Part shown: piece after piece, positions 39,223-47,545 of the stretch
Numbering within the stretch: position 1 is the first letter of the stretch
Layout: each line of letters opens with the position of its first letter
Assembly (NCBI GenBank): GCA_020632255.1
Contig: JACKFX010000006.1
Span: 13,399 to 77,398, forward strand
Reading direction: 5' to 3'
From: Pseudomonadales bacterium
GTDB lineage: Bacteria > Patescibacteriota > Microgenomatia > UBA1400 > PJMF01
DNA: 64,000 bases
Translations under genes and position numbers: made by a program
The notes under the pieces: generated by a model
What the model was told of the DNA's origin: nothing
Databases searched by the model: none
The model's input: only the letters and a program-made list of their open reading frames with translations

Positions 39223-39951
39223 CTATCTCTGAAACTTCTTGCTACAAAGATCTCGCTGTTTCACTTCTTTTTTTTTTGTTATTACACTGCTTTCCCCCAT
39301 ATCTTGGGTACCCAATTCTAGTAAATCAGTTTCTCCATGTCCCCCAACGAGTACTACATCTAAGTCTGTTTCTGGATATTCACTCTTTAAAAGTTTCATT
39401 CTCAAGTAGACATCAATACCGTTTCCTGCCTCAATGATATTGAAATTAAGCTTCTGTGATGCTCCTAAAAGTTCTGCAAAAGTTTCTTCATCTTCATAAA
39501 AAACACCGGCACGATCTGCATAAGGGTATATTAACGTGACGGTAGGAGCTGCAGGATCACGATTCAAAAATCTATGAAATACTTCAATAGGATATCTGCC
39601 AAAGTGACAAACACCATAATTGCTATGTATCTTTTCTAAAACCTCTGGTCCATACTGTTCTCTAAGAATAGAAATTGTTGTAACATTTCTTTCTAAATTA
39701 GAAATATCATAAGATAAACCTAATGCCCCCTTTTCCCATGCCTCAGCTAACAGATCTGCATCTAAGATGTCCGAACTAAATGGGACGGCATACACTTGTT
39801 TAATTAATTCTCTCTTTGCAGGTTGTGACAGAATTTGCATATAGTTATGTAAGACGTTAAGCACTGTTTCTTTATCTTCTTGTTCTCTTAAACGACTCAA
39901 AATTCTCAGTAGTCTTTGTTGAACCTCAACTCCACGATCACCTTCAAGCAT
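39223..39951 (-). CDS. Hypothetical protein (242 aa), island cargo.
   Basis: Clean ORF. No confident motif (VVLVGGHGETD noted). Confidence 0.4.
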   Translation of the reverse strand: MLEGDRGVEVQQRLLRILSRLREQEDKETVLNVLHNYMQILSQPAKRELIKQVYAVPFSSDILDADLLAEAWEKGALGLSYDISNLERNVTTISILREQYGPEVLEKIHSNYGVCHFGRYPIEVFHRFLNRDPAAPTVTLIYPYADRAGVFYEDEETFAELLGASQKLNFNIIEAGNGIDVYLRMKLLKSEYPETDLDVVLVGGHGETDLLELGTQDMGESSVITKKKEVKQRDLCSKKFQR

Positions 39952-40013
39952 AGGTTGAACAAATATTGGGGCATGTAATACTAGACTTGCTAATAACTCT
40001 TGATTATCAGCAA

Positions 40014-40481
40014 CTAAGGATTCAATTTTTGAGCTACAGCTGAACTGACATCAGAATCTAAATACCCGTACAAGTAATCAAGGATAGCTAAATACGATGG
40101 TATCAACTCAGTGTACTTTACTGGATCAAACAACACTAAATAATTAACATTAGACGACAAAATAGATTCTACTCTTTGAATAATTTCAAAACTAATATTA
40201 GAAGTCTGCAAATGAGCGGTGAGAATTGCTAGTGAAGGTACTAATTCTGTTAATAGCTCTGTATGTGCGAACGCAAACTTAATTTTATCTTGGTTTTTTT
40301 CTAAATATCTGCTTAAACCAGGTAAGACTTTTTCTGAACTTTGTGATGCTTGCAAGCTTCTAGATAACTCTGAAAGTTTGTTAACAATTTCTAATGACTG
40401 CTCCCATTGTTCGGAATGCAAATCATATCTACCATCTAAGGTCAAATCGTCTGCCGAATATCTTGTTTCTGTCATACACAA
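40014..40481 (-). CDS. Hypothetical protein (155 aa), island cargo.
   Basis: Clean ORF. It lies 62 nt from the next ORF in a different frame. Confidence 0.4.
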   Translation of the reverse strand: MCMTETRYSADDLTLDGRYDLHSEQWEQSLEIVNKLSELSRSLQASQSSEKVLPGLSRYLEKNQDKIKFAFAHTELLTELVPSLAILTAHLQTSNISFEIIQRVESILSSNVNYLVLFDPVKYTELIPSYLAILDYLYGYLDSDVSSAVAQKLNP

Positions 40482-40518
40482 ATCATACAGACACTTTCTG
40501 GATATTTCATCTCAAGAT

Positions 40519-40546
40519 AGGTTCTAACATCCTTCACTAGCCCCTG
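40519..40546 (+). repeat. Island direct repeat, copy 1 (tRNA-Trp 3'-end-like att/promoter-proximal motif).
   Basis: AGGTTCTAACATCCTTCACTAGCCCCTG, consensus aGGTTCTaACATCnTTCACTAgyCCCTGCA. Confidence 0.7.
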
Positions 40547-40619
40547 TATTTTTTATTTCTCTTGAATTTTAAAGGTGGCATCAACACATTACATCGTGTT
40601 TTTATACTATAATCTATTC

Positions 40620-41453
40620 ATGAACGACTTTTCGAAAAACGCTCCTCCTTCAGCAGATGTTTTGAAAGCATTTGGTATCTCAGATGAAGCTATTCTATTA
40701 CCTGGTGGCGAAGGCACATCATATCGAGCTGGAGATATTGTTCTTAAACCAACACAAAACAATGCTGAATCAGCCTGGATAGCTACTACGCTTTCCTCTA
40801 TCAATCAAGATGGTTTTAGAGTTACTCAGCAAGTAAAAACAACCACTGGAGAGTGGGTGTCTGATGGTTGGCAAGCATTTCGCTACTTAAAAGGAAAATA
40901 CATAAAAGGTAGATGGGAAGAAAAAATAGATATTTCCAGAAAATTTCACGGAGCACTCTCGACTATAGAAAAACCAAATTTTATCGGAACTAGACAAACA
41001 CCTTGGGAAGTTGCCGACTCAGAGATCTGGGGTAGTAATCAAATAACATTTGACCAGCAGCTACAAAAAGTGACCAATCCTCTTCTAGCTGTTAAACAAG
41101 ATATCTTTCCTACCGAGCAACTAATCCATGGAGACATAACAGGGAACATTCTATTTTCAGAGTCTCTGTCACCTGCAATTATCGATTTTTCTCCCTATTG
41201 GAGACCAGCGGAGTATGCAACAGCAATACTCATTGTTGATGCACTAGTTTGGGAGGGTGCTGCTGATTCATTATTTTCTAAACTTGAAAATACTTGGGTA
41301 AATAATCAATTGCTCATACGTGCTGCGCTATGGAGGATAAAAACTTCTGAACTATTCTCTCAGAGAAAACTGAAAGACTTAAAAAATGAGGCTAGTGCGT
41401 ATGCTCACTTTGTTGATGTGCTCTTAAAAAGAATTAGTCATGAAAGAAAATAG
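40620..41453 (+). CDS. Aminoglycoside/choline-kinase-like phosphotransferase (APH family) protein.
   Basis: ATP-binding Lys region GDIVLKP, catalytic LIHGDITGNILF (HGDxxxxN) and IIDFSPY (DFG-like). The ORF extends to 40575. Confidence 0.65.
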   Translation: MNDFSKNAPPSADVLKAFGISDEAILLPGGEGTSYRAGDIVLKPTQNNAESAWIATTLSSINQDGFRVTQQVKTTTGEWVSDGWQAFRYLKGKYIKGRWEEKIDISRKFHGALSTIEKPNFIGTRQTPWEVADSEIWGSNQITFDQQLQKVTNPLLAVKQDIFPTEQLIHGDITGNILFSESLSPAIIDFSPYWRPAEYATAILIVDALVWEGAADSLFSKLENTWVNNQLLIRAALWRIKTSELFSQRKLKDLKNEASAYAHFVDVLLKRISHERK

Positions 41454-41484
41454 GTTCTCACATCGTTCACTAACTAATCCTGCA
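41452..41484 (+). repeat. Island direct repeat, copy 2.
   Basis: AGGTTCTCACATCGTTCACTAACTAATCCTGCA, followed by TTGATA...TATATC promoter-like boxes. Confidence 0.65.
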
Positions 41485-41536
41485 AAAAAATAATCCCGAT
41501 ATTGATAACTTGAAATATTCTGCTATATCTTGAGAG

Positions 41537-42229
41537 ATGTCAAAAACTGAAAACAGTGTGTATGTTATTTCTTCAGTCAGGGGTGTCTCTGAACTAGAAA
41601 GAACAGAAATTGCGCAACATATAAGAAACTTGCGTCAGTCGGGAGAAGAAGTATTTGATCCGTATTTAGACGCACCTCAAACTGATACAAGCGGTCTTGC
41701 AATAATACTCGCAGAATTGAATTTCTTGGTAAAGCTGTCAGAGTCTAGTGATCTTGGAAGGGTTGATATTTTTTGGAATCATACAAGTGAGGGTTCAAGG
41801 GTAGATGTTGGGATGGCTATAGCCTTAAACCTAAGGATTAATCTGGTTAAAATTTTTAATGAGAATGAGAGCTCTTCTCCCCAACTTGTGTTGCGACTTA
41901 TTACCGAAATCTGTGAGCTTCAGGAAATGGGTAACTGGCCACCACAAAAACGAAAAGAAATTAGCCCTGATCTTGCCAAAACACTCAGATATTTAGATGA
42001 AATAAAAAACTCTGAGCAAATATCAATTAATTGGAATTCATTGGATTCAGAAGAAGCTGAATTTCAGAGATTAATCTTGGGTTTGTCGCTGGGGACAATG
42101 GGTAAAAGAAACAAAAATTTAAAAATAACAATAAGAGATGTTGATGGGTATGTTGACCCCGATGTAAAAAGTTATCCTAATGCAATTTCGGCACTAAATA
42201 CATTACTGACAACTGAAAATGGGTTCTAA
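41537..42229 (+). CDS. Hypothetical protein with an N-terminal TIR-like / nucleoside-deoxyribosyltransferase-like (flavodoxin-fold) region.
   Basis: SVYVISSVRGVSELERTEIAQHIRNLRQSGEEVFDPYLD resembles the TIR betaA-alphaA-betaB pattern (xVFISxRGxD...L...G..VFxD). This is tentative. Confidence 0.4.
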   Translation: MSKTENSVYVISSVRGVSELERTEIAQHIRNLRQSGEEVFDPYLDAPQTDTSGLAIILAELNFLVKLSESSDLGRVDIFWNHTSEGSRVDVGMAIALNLRINLVKIFNENESSSPQLVLRLITEICELQEMGNWPPQKRKEISPDLAKTLRYLDEIKNSEQISINWNSLDSEEAEFQRLILGLSLGTMGKRNKNLKITIRDVDGYVDPDVKSYPNAISALNTLLTTENGF

Positions 42230-42250
42230 CATCTTTCACTAGTCCCTGCA
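42221..42250 (+). repeat. Island direct repeat, copy 3; it overlaps the stop codon of the preceding gene.
   Basis: GGGTTCTAACATCTTTCACTAGTCCCTGCA. Confidence 0.7.
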
Positions 42251-42346
42251 GAGTCATGAAATACCCTATTTATCATCTTAATGTTTTAGATTTTTCTAGT
42301 AAAAATAGTATTCCATTTAAAGGTTCGCTGGTTTACAATTAATGCT

Positions 42347-43039
42347 ATGAATGAACAAAATACTTTTTTTGATACTGGTAGCCAACCTTTTGATATCTTA
42401 AGTCATATGAACATAATTGAACATATTCAGAAGAAGATGGAAAAATTCAATGTTTCTGAAAGAGCTGAGTGGTATAAAAATATATTAAAGCGCATGCTAG
42501 GTATTTTTGATGAAATGGATGGACAAAAAATCACCCTTGATATGCAACAATTGTTTGAGAAATTATACACTGAAACTGATTTAACTGGTACTTCTACGAA
42601 TTGTAATAATTCAATTATCGGCAATATTCAGCGAACTGGTAATGAGCAACTTCAAAAATGTTTTCTACTAGCTACGATTGAAGACGCGTCCAATGATACT
42701 AACTCAAAAAATCAATTTTCTCCTGATATTCCACAGTTAGATAAAAATGTGGTTAGACAAAATGCTCAGAATATGGGAGTTGTGCAGATGGAATTGCATA
42801 GGGTGCTAAGATATTGGTTAACTCCTTTATCACCAGAGAAGCGCAAAGATTACTTCAAGCGACTCTATCAATTGACAGATTTTGACGAGAATGAATCAGA
42901 TACAAAATCTAAAGAGCAATTAGTGAATACAAGTGGATCAACGTGTGCATATGAATTTCTTGTCGCCTGGCGTAGGTTTGGTAGTGAAACATTAAATAGC
43001 AAGCTAATTAATGTTATTGAATCTCCAAGTGATATTTAA
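42347..43039 (+). CDS. Hypothetical protein (230 aa), island cargo.
   Basis: Clean ORF, AT-rich codon usage distinct from the core genes. Confidence 0.4.
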   Translation: MNEQNTFFDTGSQPFDILSHMNIIEHIQKKMEKFNVSERAEWYKNILKRMLGIFDEMDGQKITLDMQQLFEKLYTETDLTGTSTNCNNSIIGNIQRTGNEQLQKCFLLATIEDASNDTNSKNQFSPDIPQLDKNVVRQNAQNMGVVQMELHRVLRYWLTPLSPEKRKDYFKRLYQLTDFDENESDTKSKEQLVNTSGSTCAYEFLVAWRRFGSETLNSKLINVIESPSDI

Positions 43040-43059
43040 TTTTCTTATCCAAAATAATT

Positions 43060-43292
43060 TCTTAAGAGTGAACAATCTCTTCGGCTACAAAAAGCCGGAG
43101 CTTCATGCATGAGGACTAATCGCCCTCAATACTTACTTTCGTAAGTATGCAAGACATTCTCATTTAGCCTCCGGCTTAAACTACGCTATTCATCCCTAGG
43201 CTTGAAACGTAGGGTTTTCTGTATTGGAGGAACAAAACGGTATTAAGCCCTCGAAGCTATGGGCTTAAATATCCGATTGCGCTTGATAGAAA
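43060..43292. ncRNA. Candidate structured noncoding RNA or DNA element (unknown class).
   Basis: Several nested helices visible by eye. AAGCCGGAG...CTCCGGCTT is a 9-bp long-range stem. Hairpins include CGGCT-ACAAAA-AGCCG, ATACTTAC-TTTC-GTAAGTAT, CCCTA-GGCTTGAAACG-TAGGG and AAGCCC-TCGAAGCTAT-GGGCTT. The region has no ORF. Confidence 0.35.
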
Positions 43293-43294
43293 CC

Positions 43295-43324
43295 GAGTTC
43301 TAACATCCTTCACTAATCCCTGCC
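43295..43324 (+). repeat. Island direct repeat, copy 4.
   Basis: GAGTTCTAACATCCTTCACTAATCCCTGCC. Confidence 0.7.
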
Positions 43325-43393
43325 GACCATGTGGTGATGAAATTACGAGTTACTCTTCCCAAGAAAAATAGTTTTAAAATATTCGAAAAAATC

Positions 43394-43837
43394 TCATTCT
43401 GGAAAAACAATTACATTGATTGGTCTAGCATCAGAAGCTATCAAATCTTCAATTCTTAATCCTGCTTGAATTGCGTTTAGACCTGATTTTATGGCATCAA
43501 AATGTATTAGGATCAATTTTAAATGCTCCTCATTTTGCAAGTCTATTGGATCTTTACGTGCTGGACTATCACCCCATGCCATACCTTTTAATGCAACTGA
43601 AACCGATCCAATCGCAAGCCTATTAGAAACAACTGCACTAAACTCGATTAACATAGTGTATGATCCTCCCTTAAAACACTCTTTTTGGGCTGTTATTTTC
43701 CCAACATGCATGTTGGCCGCTGGTTCTGCAGTTAGTTTTACGGTAAAGCCTGCATCTCCTAGCTTATCTTGTAGCCATTCTGCAGATTTCATGGCCATTG
43801 ATTCAGGACTGTGATCTGCGAACCTTTCATCAATCAT
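43394..43837 (-). CDS. Hypothetical protein (148 aa), island cargo.
   Basis: Start MIDERF has the RBS AAGGAAGAGAG. The ORF extends to 43951. Confidence 0.45.
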   Translation of the reverse strand: MIDERFADHSPESMAMKSAEWLQDKLGDAGFTVKLTAEPAANMHVGKITAQKECFKGGSYTMLIEFSAVVSNRLAIGSVSVALKGMAWGDSPARKDPIDLQNEEHLKLILIHFDAIKSGLNAIQAGLRIEDLIASDARPINVIVFPE

Positions 43838-44022
43838 ATGTGTTCTCTCTTCCTTTTTATATTTTATATGAAGAATAGGGTAATTAGAAATGAGTGTCAA
43901 GAATCCTAATTGGCTTATTTCATTATTGAATATGGGAAAATCCTCCCACATAAAAACCGTTACTTTTGGTAGCTTTCATACTATCGTCGTTTCATTGAGA
44001 GTTCTAGATCAAATAGTTATAT

Positions 44023-44052
44023 AGGTTCTCACATCATTAACTAGCCCCTGCA
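44023..44052 (+). repeat. Island direct repeat, copy 5.
   Basis: AGGTTCTCACATCATTAACTAGCCCCTGCA, followed by AAACCATAAG. Compare CCCTGCAAAATCCTATAA after tRNA-Trp. Confidence 0.7.
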
Positions 44053-44112
44053 AAACCATAAGTCCACTCTTCCCGCTTTACCAGAGTACATTCCGTGTGC
44101 TATTTTTAAGAT

Positions 44113-44580
44113 ATGAACGAAAACATCCCCACGCTTAAACAAGAAACCCTTGCATTTATGCGGAACATGCCGATTATGTCGGCAGCAATTAACGGCACTC
44201 CTCCTGTCTCGACAATTCTCCTCTTCGCGATTGATGATGATTTCACCATGTACTTTGCTGCCCTCAGCAACAGCTATAAAGCCAAAGCTCTCGAGAAAGA
44301 TTCAGGTTTTTCATTCTCAATTTGGGAACATGATAAGATGTATATACAAGCAAGTGGAAATGCACAGTTACTCCAAGATCCAGAAGAGATCGATGCTACA
44401 ATCGACAAACTAGCAACGGCAGCTTTGGGTATTGAAAACTTCTGGCCACCTGTTTTACAAATAAAAGGTCAGGATTATCAAGTCTATAGACTTGATCTTA
44501 ATTGGATTAGAATTCGCAGTCTTTCAGACAAAACACTTGTCGAAAAAACTAGTAAATTTGTGGAAGTACCCCTAAAATGA
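44113..44580 (+). CDS. Pyridoxamine 5'-phosphate oxidase-like FMN-binding split-barrel protein.
   Basis: LKQETLAFMRNMPIMSAAINGTPPVSTILLFAIDDDFTMYFAALSNSYKAKALEKD follows the PNPOx-like pattern. Confidence 0.6.
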   Translation: MNENIPTLKQETLAFMRNMPIMSAAINGTPPVSTILLFAIDDDFTMYFAALSNSYKAKALEKDSGFSFSIWEHDKMYIQASGNAQLLQDPEEIDATIDKLATAALGIENFWPPVLQIKGQDYQVYRLDLNWIRIRSLSDKTLVEKTSKFVEVPLK

Positions 44581-44945
44581 ACAAAAATCTCTTGATCGTT
44601 GAAGATGACCTATTTTTAGGTAAGCTGACTGTAAAAAAACTCGAAATGGAAGGCTTCACTGTCACTTTCCTCAACGACGGCAGTTCTGTCCATGACGAAG
44701 CAAAGCGACTACAACCAGCCGCAATCTTACTCGATATTATCATGCCAAACAAAGATGGTTTTGAGGCACTCTCAGAATTAAAAGGCGACGACGCGACCAA
44801 AAAAATTCCTGTGATCGTTCTGTCAGCACTCAGTGATGAGAAAGACAAGAAAAAAGCAAAAGACCTTGGAGCAGAGTCATTTTTTGTTAAATCTGACGTA
44901 GAACTTTCTGATATTGCTAAGTATGTTAAAAAAATTGCAAGCTGA
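44577..44945 (+). CDS. Stand-alone response-regulator receiver (CheY-like) domain protein.
   Basis: LLIVEDD, a phospho-acceptor Asp in LLDIIMP and a conserved Lys. There is a 4-nt ATGA overlap with the upstream gene. Confidence 0.75.
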   Translation: MNKNLLIVEDDLFLGKLTVKKLEMEGFTVTFLNDGSSVHDEAKRLQPAAILLDIIMPNKDGFEALSELKGDDATKKIPVIVLSALSDEKDKKKAKDLGAESFFVKSDVELSDIAKYVKKIAS

Positions 44946-45203
44946 TTAAATTTATCATACATTTTATACACTATTCACCAGACTTAGCTCTGTTTTGCAA
45001 ATCGGTGCTAAATGCTAGCTAAGTCTTTAATCTCTCATACATTTTTTGTATATGGTTGAACTAATGCGCTCTGATCATCAGATGTCACTGCCTCACGAAT
45101 TGCTTCAGTGGCATACATACGTCTACTAATCCTCTCTTCAATTGAGAGAAGCATACTACTATCGATTCTTTCTGTTTATCGTTAAAGCAGCTATACTGTT
45201 CCT

Positions 45204-46520
45204 ATGCCAGAACTTTTCGACCCCTTCCTCGTAAAAAGTCTCAAAGAGGACAAAGCGTATTTAGAGACAACTACCGTTCCAATCATCACTGTCTCTAGTA
45301 GTTATCGCGAAGACCTCAAAGAAATGCACGGCTTTCCTGCCAAAGATGACACCCCTGACATTGTTTTTTCTCGGGCCCACTACTCTATGGCTCTCGCAGT
45401 AGGTATGGCAGCATGGGGAAAGAAGATGGATCCAAAAAAGGCCTGGATTCTTGATCCAACTAACTATGTTTCAAAAAAGGACTGGGGTTCAATTGTCTTT
45501 ACTGAGGAAGTTGGTAAATTAATTGCACGACATGATGTACTAAAAACTCTTAAAGCTTTCATCGATAGGTTTGGTCGCAATAAACTTCCTATTTTGGAAA
45601 GCATCACTCCACCACTGTTGTATGTCACCGAAAAAATTTCAGGTCCAATTTTATCGTTCCACATTGCTGCTGGAAACATTTTAGCACCACTCGGAAAAAC
45701 AGTAGTACAAGTGATTACCGATCCGCATGTTCGTGATGAATATGTGACCAATGCTTTCCGCAAAAATATGTATTTTTGTGTCTTTGATGAGAACACGAAA
45801 ACAGAGTTCCTCGAGAAAGCCGCATTAATGGGGGTAAAAGCGGATCCAAAACGAGTTTTCGTTACCGGTGCCCCGATTGATCCACGAACACTTGCAGCAA
45901 AACAAAAAAAGAACCCCTATCGTAGTGGTGTTCTCAAACTGTGTCTCACAACCGGCGGACTCGGAACGAACAAACGCGAACTATTGGAAGTAGTTGAACA
46001 ACTCTTACCCGAACTGCGCAAACAAAATCGCAGTTTGGGATTGGTTGTGTACTGCGCAACCCACGAAGACATTTATAAAGAAGTGGTAAAACTCGCGAAA
46101 GAAAAGCGCGTTGCAGTGGGTGCAGAAACAGACAAATCAGCCGCACTTCGTGTGCTCTATCATCCTCAAATCGTGGATGCAAATGAGAAACTTCAACAAC
46201 TTGCATTCCCTTGGGCACACGGCTTCATTACCAAACCTTCTGGAGACATGGCGTATGATGCCGCAGCATCTGGAAGCTTTGTGCTCACTCTCGATGAGTG
46301 GGGACCTTGGGAAGTGCATATCCGAGAAATATTCGAACAGAAACAAATTAGTCGCAGACTCGTACTCGAATCAGTTGTTCCTCAACTTGAAAGTTTGCGC
46401 AGCGCCAAAGGTCAACAACGTTCCTGGATTGAGCAAGCTATGCTCAATGCCGATGCGCTACCAAGCGCGCTTACCCATGGCGCAAAGCATATTGTTGAGG
46501 TGGTAAAAAATGTTAGTTAA
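45204..46520 (+). CDS. GT-B glycosyltransferase-like protein (MurG/MGDG-synthase/UgtP-like GT28 C-terminal domain).
   Basis: FITKPSGDMAYDAAASGSFVL resembles the ITKPGGxTxxEALAxGxPMI box of GT28 enzymes. Assignment is by eye only. Confidence 0.45.
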   Translation: MPELFDPFLVKSLKEDKAYLETTTVPIITVSSSYREDLKEMHGFPAKDDTPDIVFSRAHYSMALAVGMAAWGKKMDPKKAWILDPTNYVSKKDWGSIVFTEEVGKLIARHDVLKTLKAFIDRFGRNKLPILESITPPLLYVTEKISGPILSFHIAAGNILAPLGKTVVQVITDPHVRDEYVTNAFRKNMYFCVFDENTKTEFLEKAALMGVKADPKRVFVTGAPIDPRTLAAKQKKNPYRSGVLKLCLTTGGLGTNKRELLEVVEQLLPELRKQNRSLGLVVYCATHEDIYKEVVKLAKEKRVAVGAETDKSAALRVLYHPQIVDANEKLQQLAFPWAHGFITKPSGDMAYDAAASGSFVLTLDEWGPWEVHIREIFEQKQISRRLVLESVVPQLESLRSAKGQQRSWIEQAMLNADALPSALTHGAKHIVEVVKNVS

Positions 46521-46540
46521 CTATATATAACTAACTAAAA

Positions 46541-46568
46541 AAAGGCTGCAATATGCAGCCTTTTTTGT
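46541..46568. terminator. Bidirectional rho-independent terminator between the GT-like gene (+) and rpmG (-).
   Basis: AAAAAGGCTGCAATATGCAGCCTTTTTT is a symmetric hairpin with A/T tracts on both sides. Confidence 0.65.
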
Positions 46569-46588
46569 TTCTTCGTAATAATGAGCAA

Positions 46589-46789
46589 TTATTTAAGCTT
46601 TTTAGCTTGCTTGTGCTCAGTGTGTTTGCGGCACTTGTTACAGTACTTGTTGATTGGGAAGGTAGCTTCGCCAGCTTGTTTTTTAAGCTGCTCATTGTTT
46701 TTGTTCATTGAGGTGATGTAACCAAAGTTATCACACTCGCTACACTTTAAACCAATATGTTGTCGTGGACCTTTTTTCTTGCTTGCCAT
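46589..46789 (-). CDS. rpmG: 50S ribosomal protein L33.
   Basis: C4 zinc ribbon CSEC...CNKCRKHTEHKQ, 66 aa. Confidence 0.8.
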   Translation of the reverse strand: MASKKKGPRQHIGLKCSECDNFGYITSMNKNNEQLKKQAGEATFPINKYCNKCRKHTEHKQAKKLK

Positions 46790-47026
46790 ATCTACTTTCT
46801 GTATCTTAATTCAAGATGAGTATAAACGTTTTACAAGATAAAAATAGTTATAATTTTGCATATATTTGTGAGTTTTTGAAGGCTCATTTGTATGATAGTA
46901 GCCGTAGCTACTTGATTACAAATGGAACGCTCAAAAACGCCAAATAGATGTAAAAGAATGCTATTTTTTATTTTGCAAGGCGTTTATTATATCAAAGTTA
47001 TTAGGCTTAGTAAATAAGCCTTTGTG

Positions 47027-47100
47027 AGCCACCTCGGGGATTCGAACCCCGGACCTACGGTTTACAAAACCGTCGCTCTAACCAGCTGAGCTAAGGTGGC
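47027..47100 (-). tRNA. tRNA-Thr (anticodon TGT).
   Basis: The reverse complement folds with acceptor GCCACCT/AGGTGGC, anticodon stem ACGGT/ACCGT, loop TTTGTAA and T-loop TTCGAAT. Confidence 0.85.
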
Positions 47101-47127
47101 AACTGTACCTCCTGCCAAAAAGCAGGG

Positions 47128-47209
47128 TGCCAGGTGTAGGATTCGAACCTACGAAGGCTGAGCCAACAGATTTACAGTCTGTCCTCGTTGACCACTTGAG
47201 TAACCTGGC
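47128..47209 (-). tRNA. tRNA-Tyr (anticodon GTA), class II with a long variable arm.
   Basis: Acceptor GCCAGGT/ACCTGGC, 3-bp D-stem, anticodon loop CTGTAAA, variable arm TGGCTCAGCCTTC, T-arm GTAGG-TTCGAAT-CCTAC, discriminator A. Confidence 0.85.
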
Positions 47210-47291
47210 ACTATGTTTTGTTAAGAACGGTACAAATTATATCCTGAATCTAGAAACTAAACCAGACTAAGAACCCGATTCGCACATCGTG

Positions 47292-47363
47292 AGCCGAAGA
47301 CGGGAATCGAACCCGTGACCCCCATCTTACCAAGATGGTGCTCTACCACTGAGCCACTTCGGC
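47292..47363 (-). tRNA. tRNA-Thr (anticodon GGT).
   Basis: Acceptor GCCGAAG/CTTCGGC, anticodon stem CCATC/GATGG, loop TTGGTAA and T-loop TTCGATT. Confidence 0.85.
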
Positions 47364-47483
47364 ATTTTTTCAATCAGCAACTGTGCAAAACACAAGGCTT
47401 GTAGTGTACTACACGATCTCTAAAATCTCAATTGAAAACGAGAGTTATATTGTACTAAATCTCTGTTCTTTTCTACAAGGGGA

Positions 47484-47518
47484 AAGAAGAAAATGCGCGG
47501 CTTTAAAAAGCCGCGCAT
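47484..47518 (-). terminator. Rho-independent terminator downstream of the 47546-48364 gene.
   Basis: ATGCGCGGCTTT-AAAA-AGCCGCGCAT is an 11-bp stem. On the minus strand it is followed by TTTCTTCTTT. Confidence 0.55.
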
Positions 47519-47545
47519 ACATACATCTATTTCAAACTGTTCAAT

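Noticed and set aside
43060-43330. tmRNA (ssrA), suggested by the AAACTACGCT tag-like string and a ...GCCGACCA end
   Set aside because: No GGGG 5' acceptor strand is complementary to the 3' end. No ALAA-type tag reading frame with a proper resume or stop context is present. There is no canonical T-loop.
39223-44100. Classical integron gene-cassette array with attC sites
   Set aside because: The inter-gene regions lack the imperfect-palindrome R''-L''...L'-R' architecture of attC, and no intI is present. The repeats are direct copies of a tRNA 3'-end-like sequence plus promoter.
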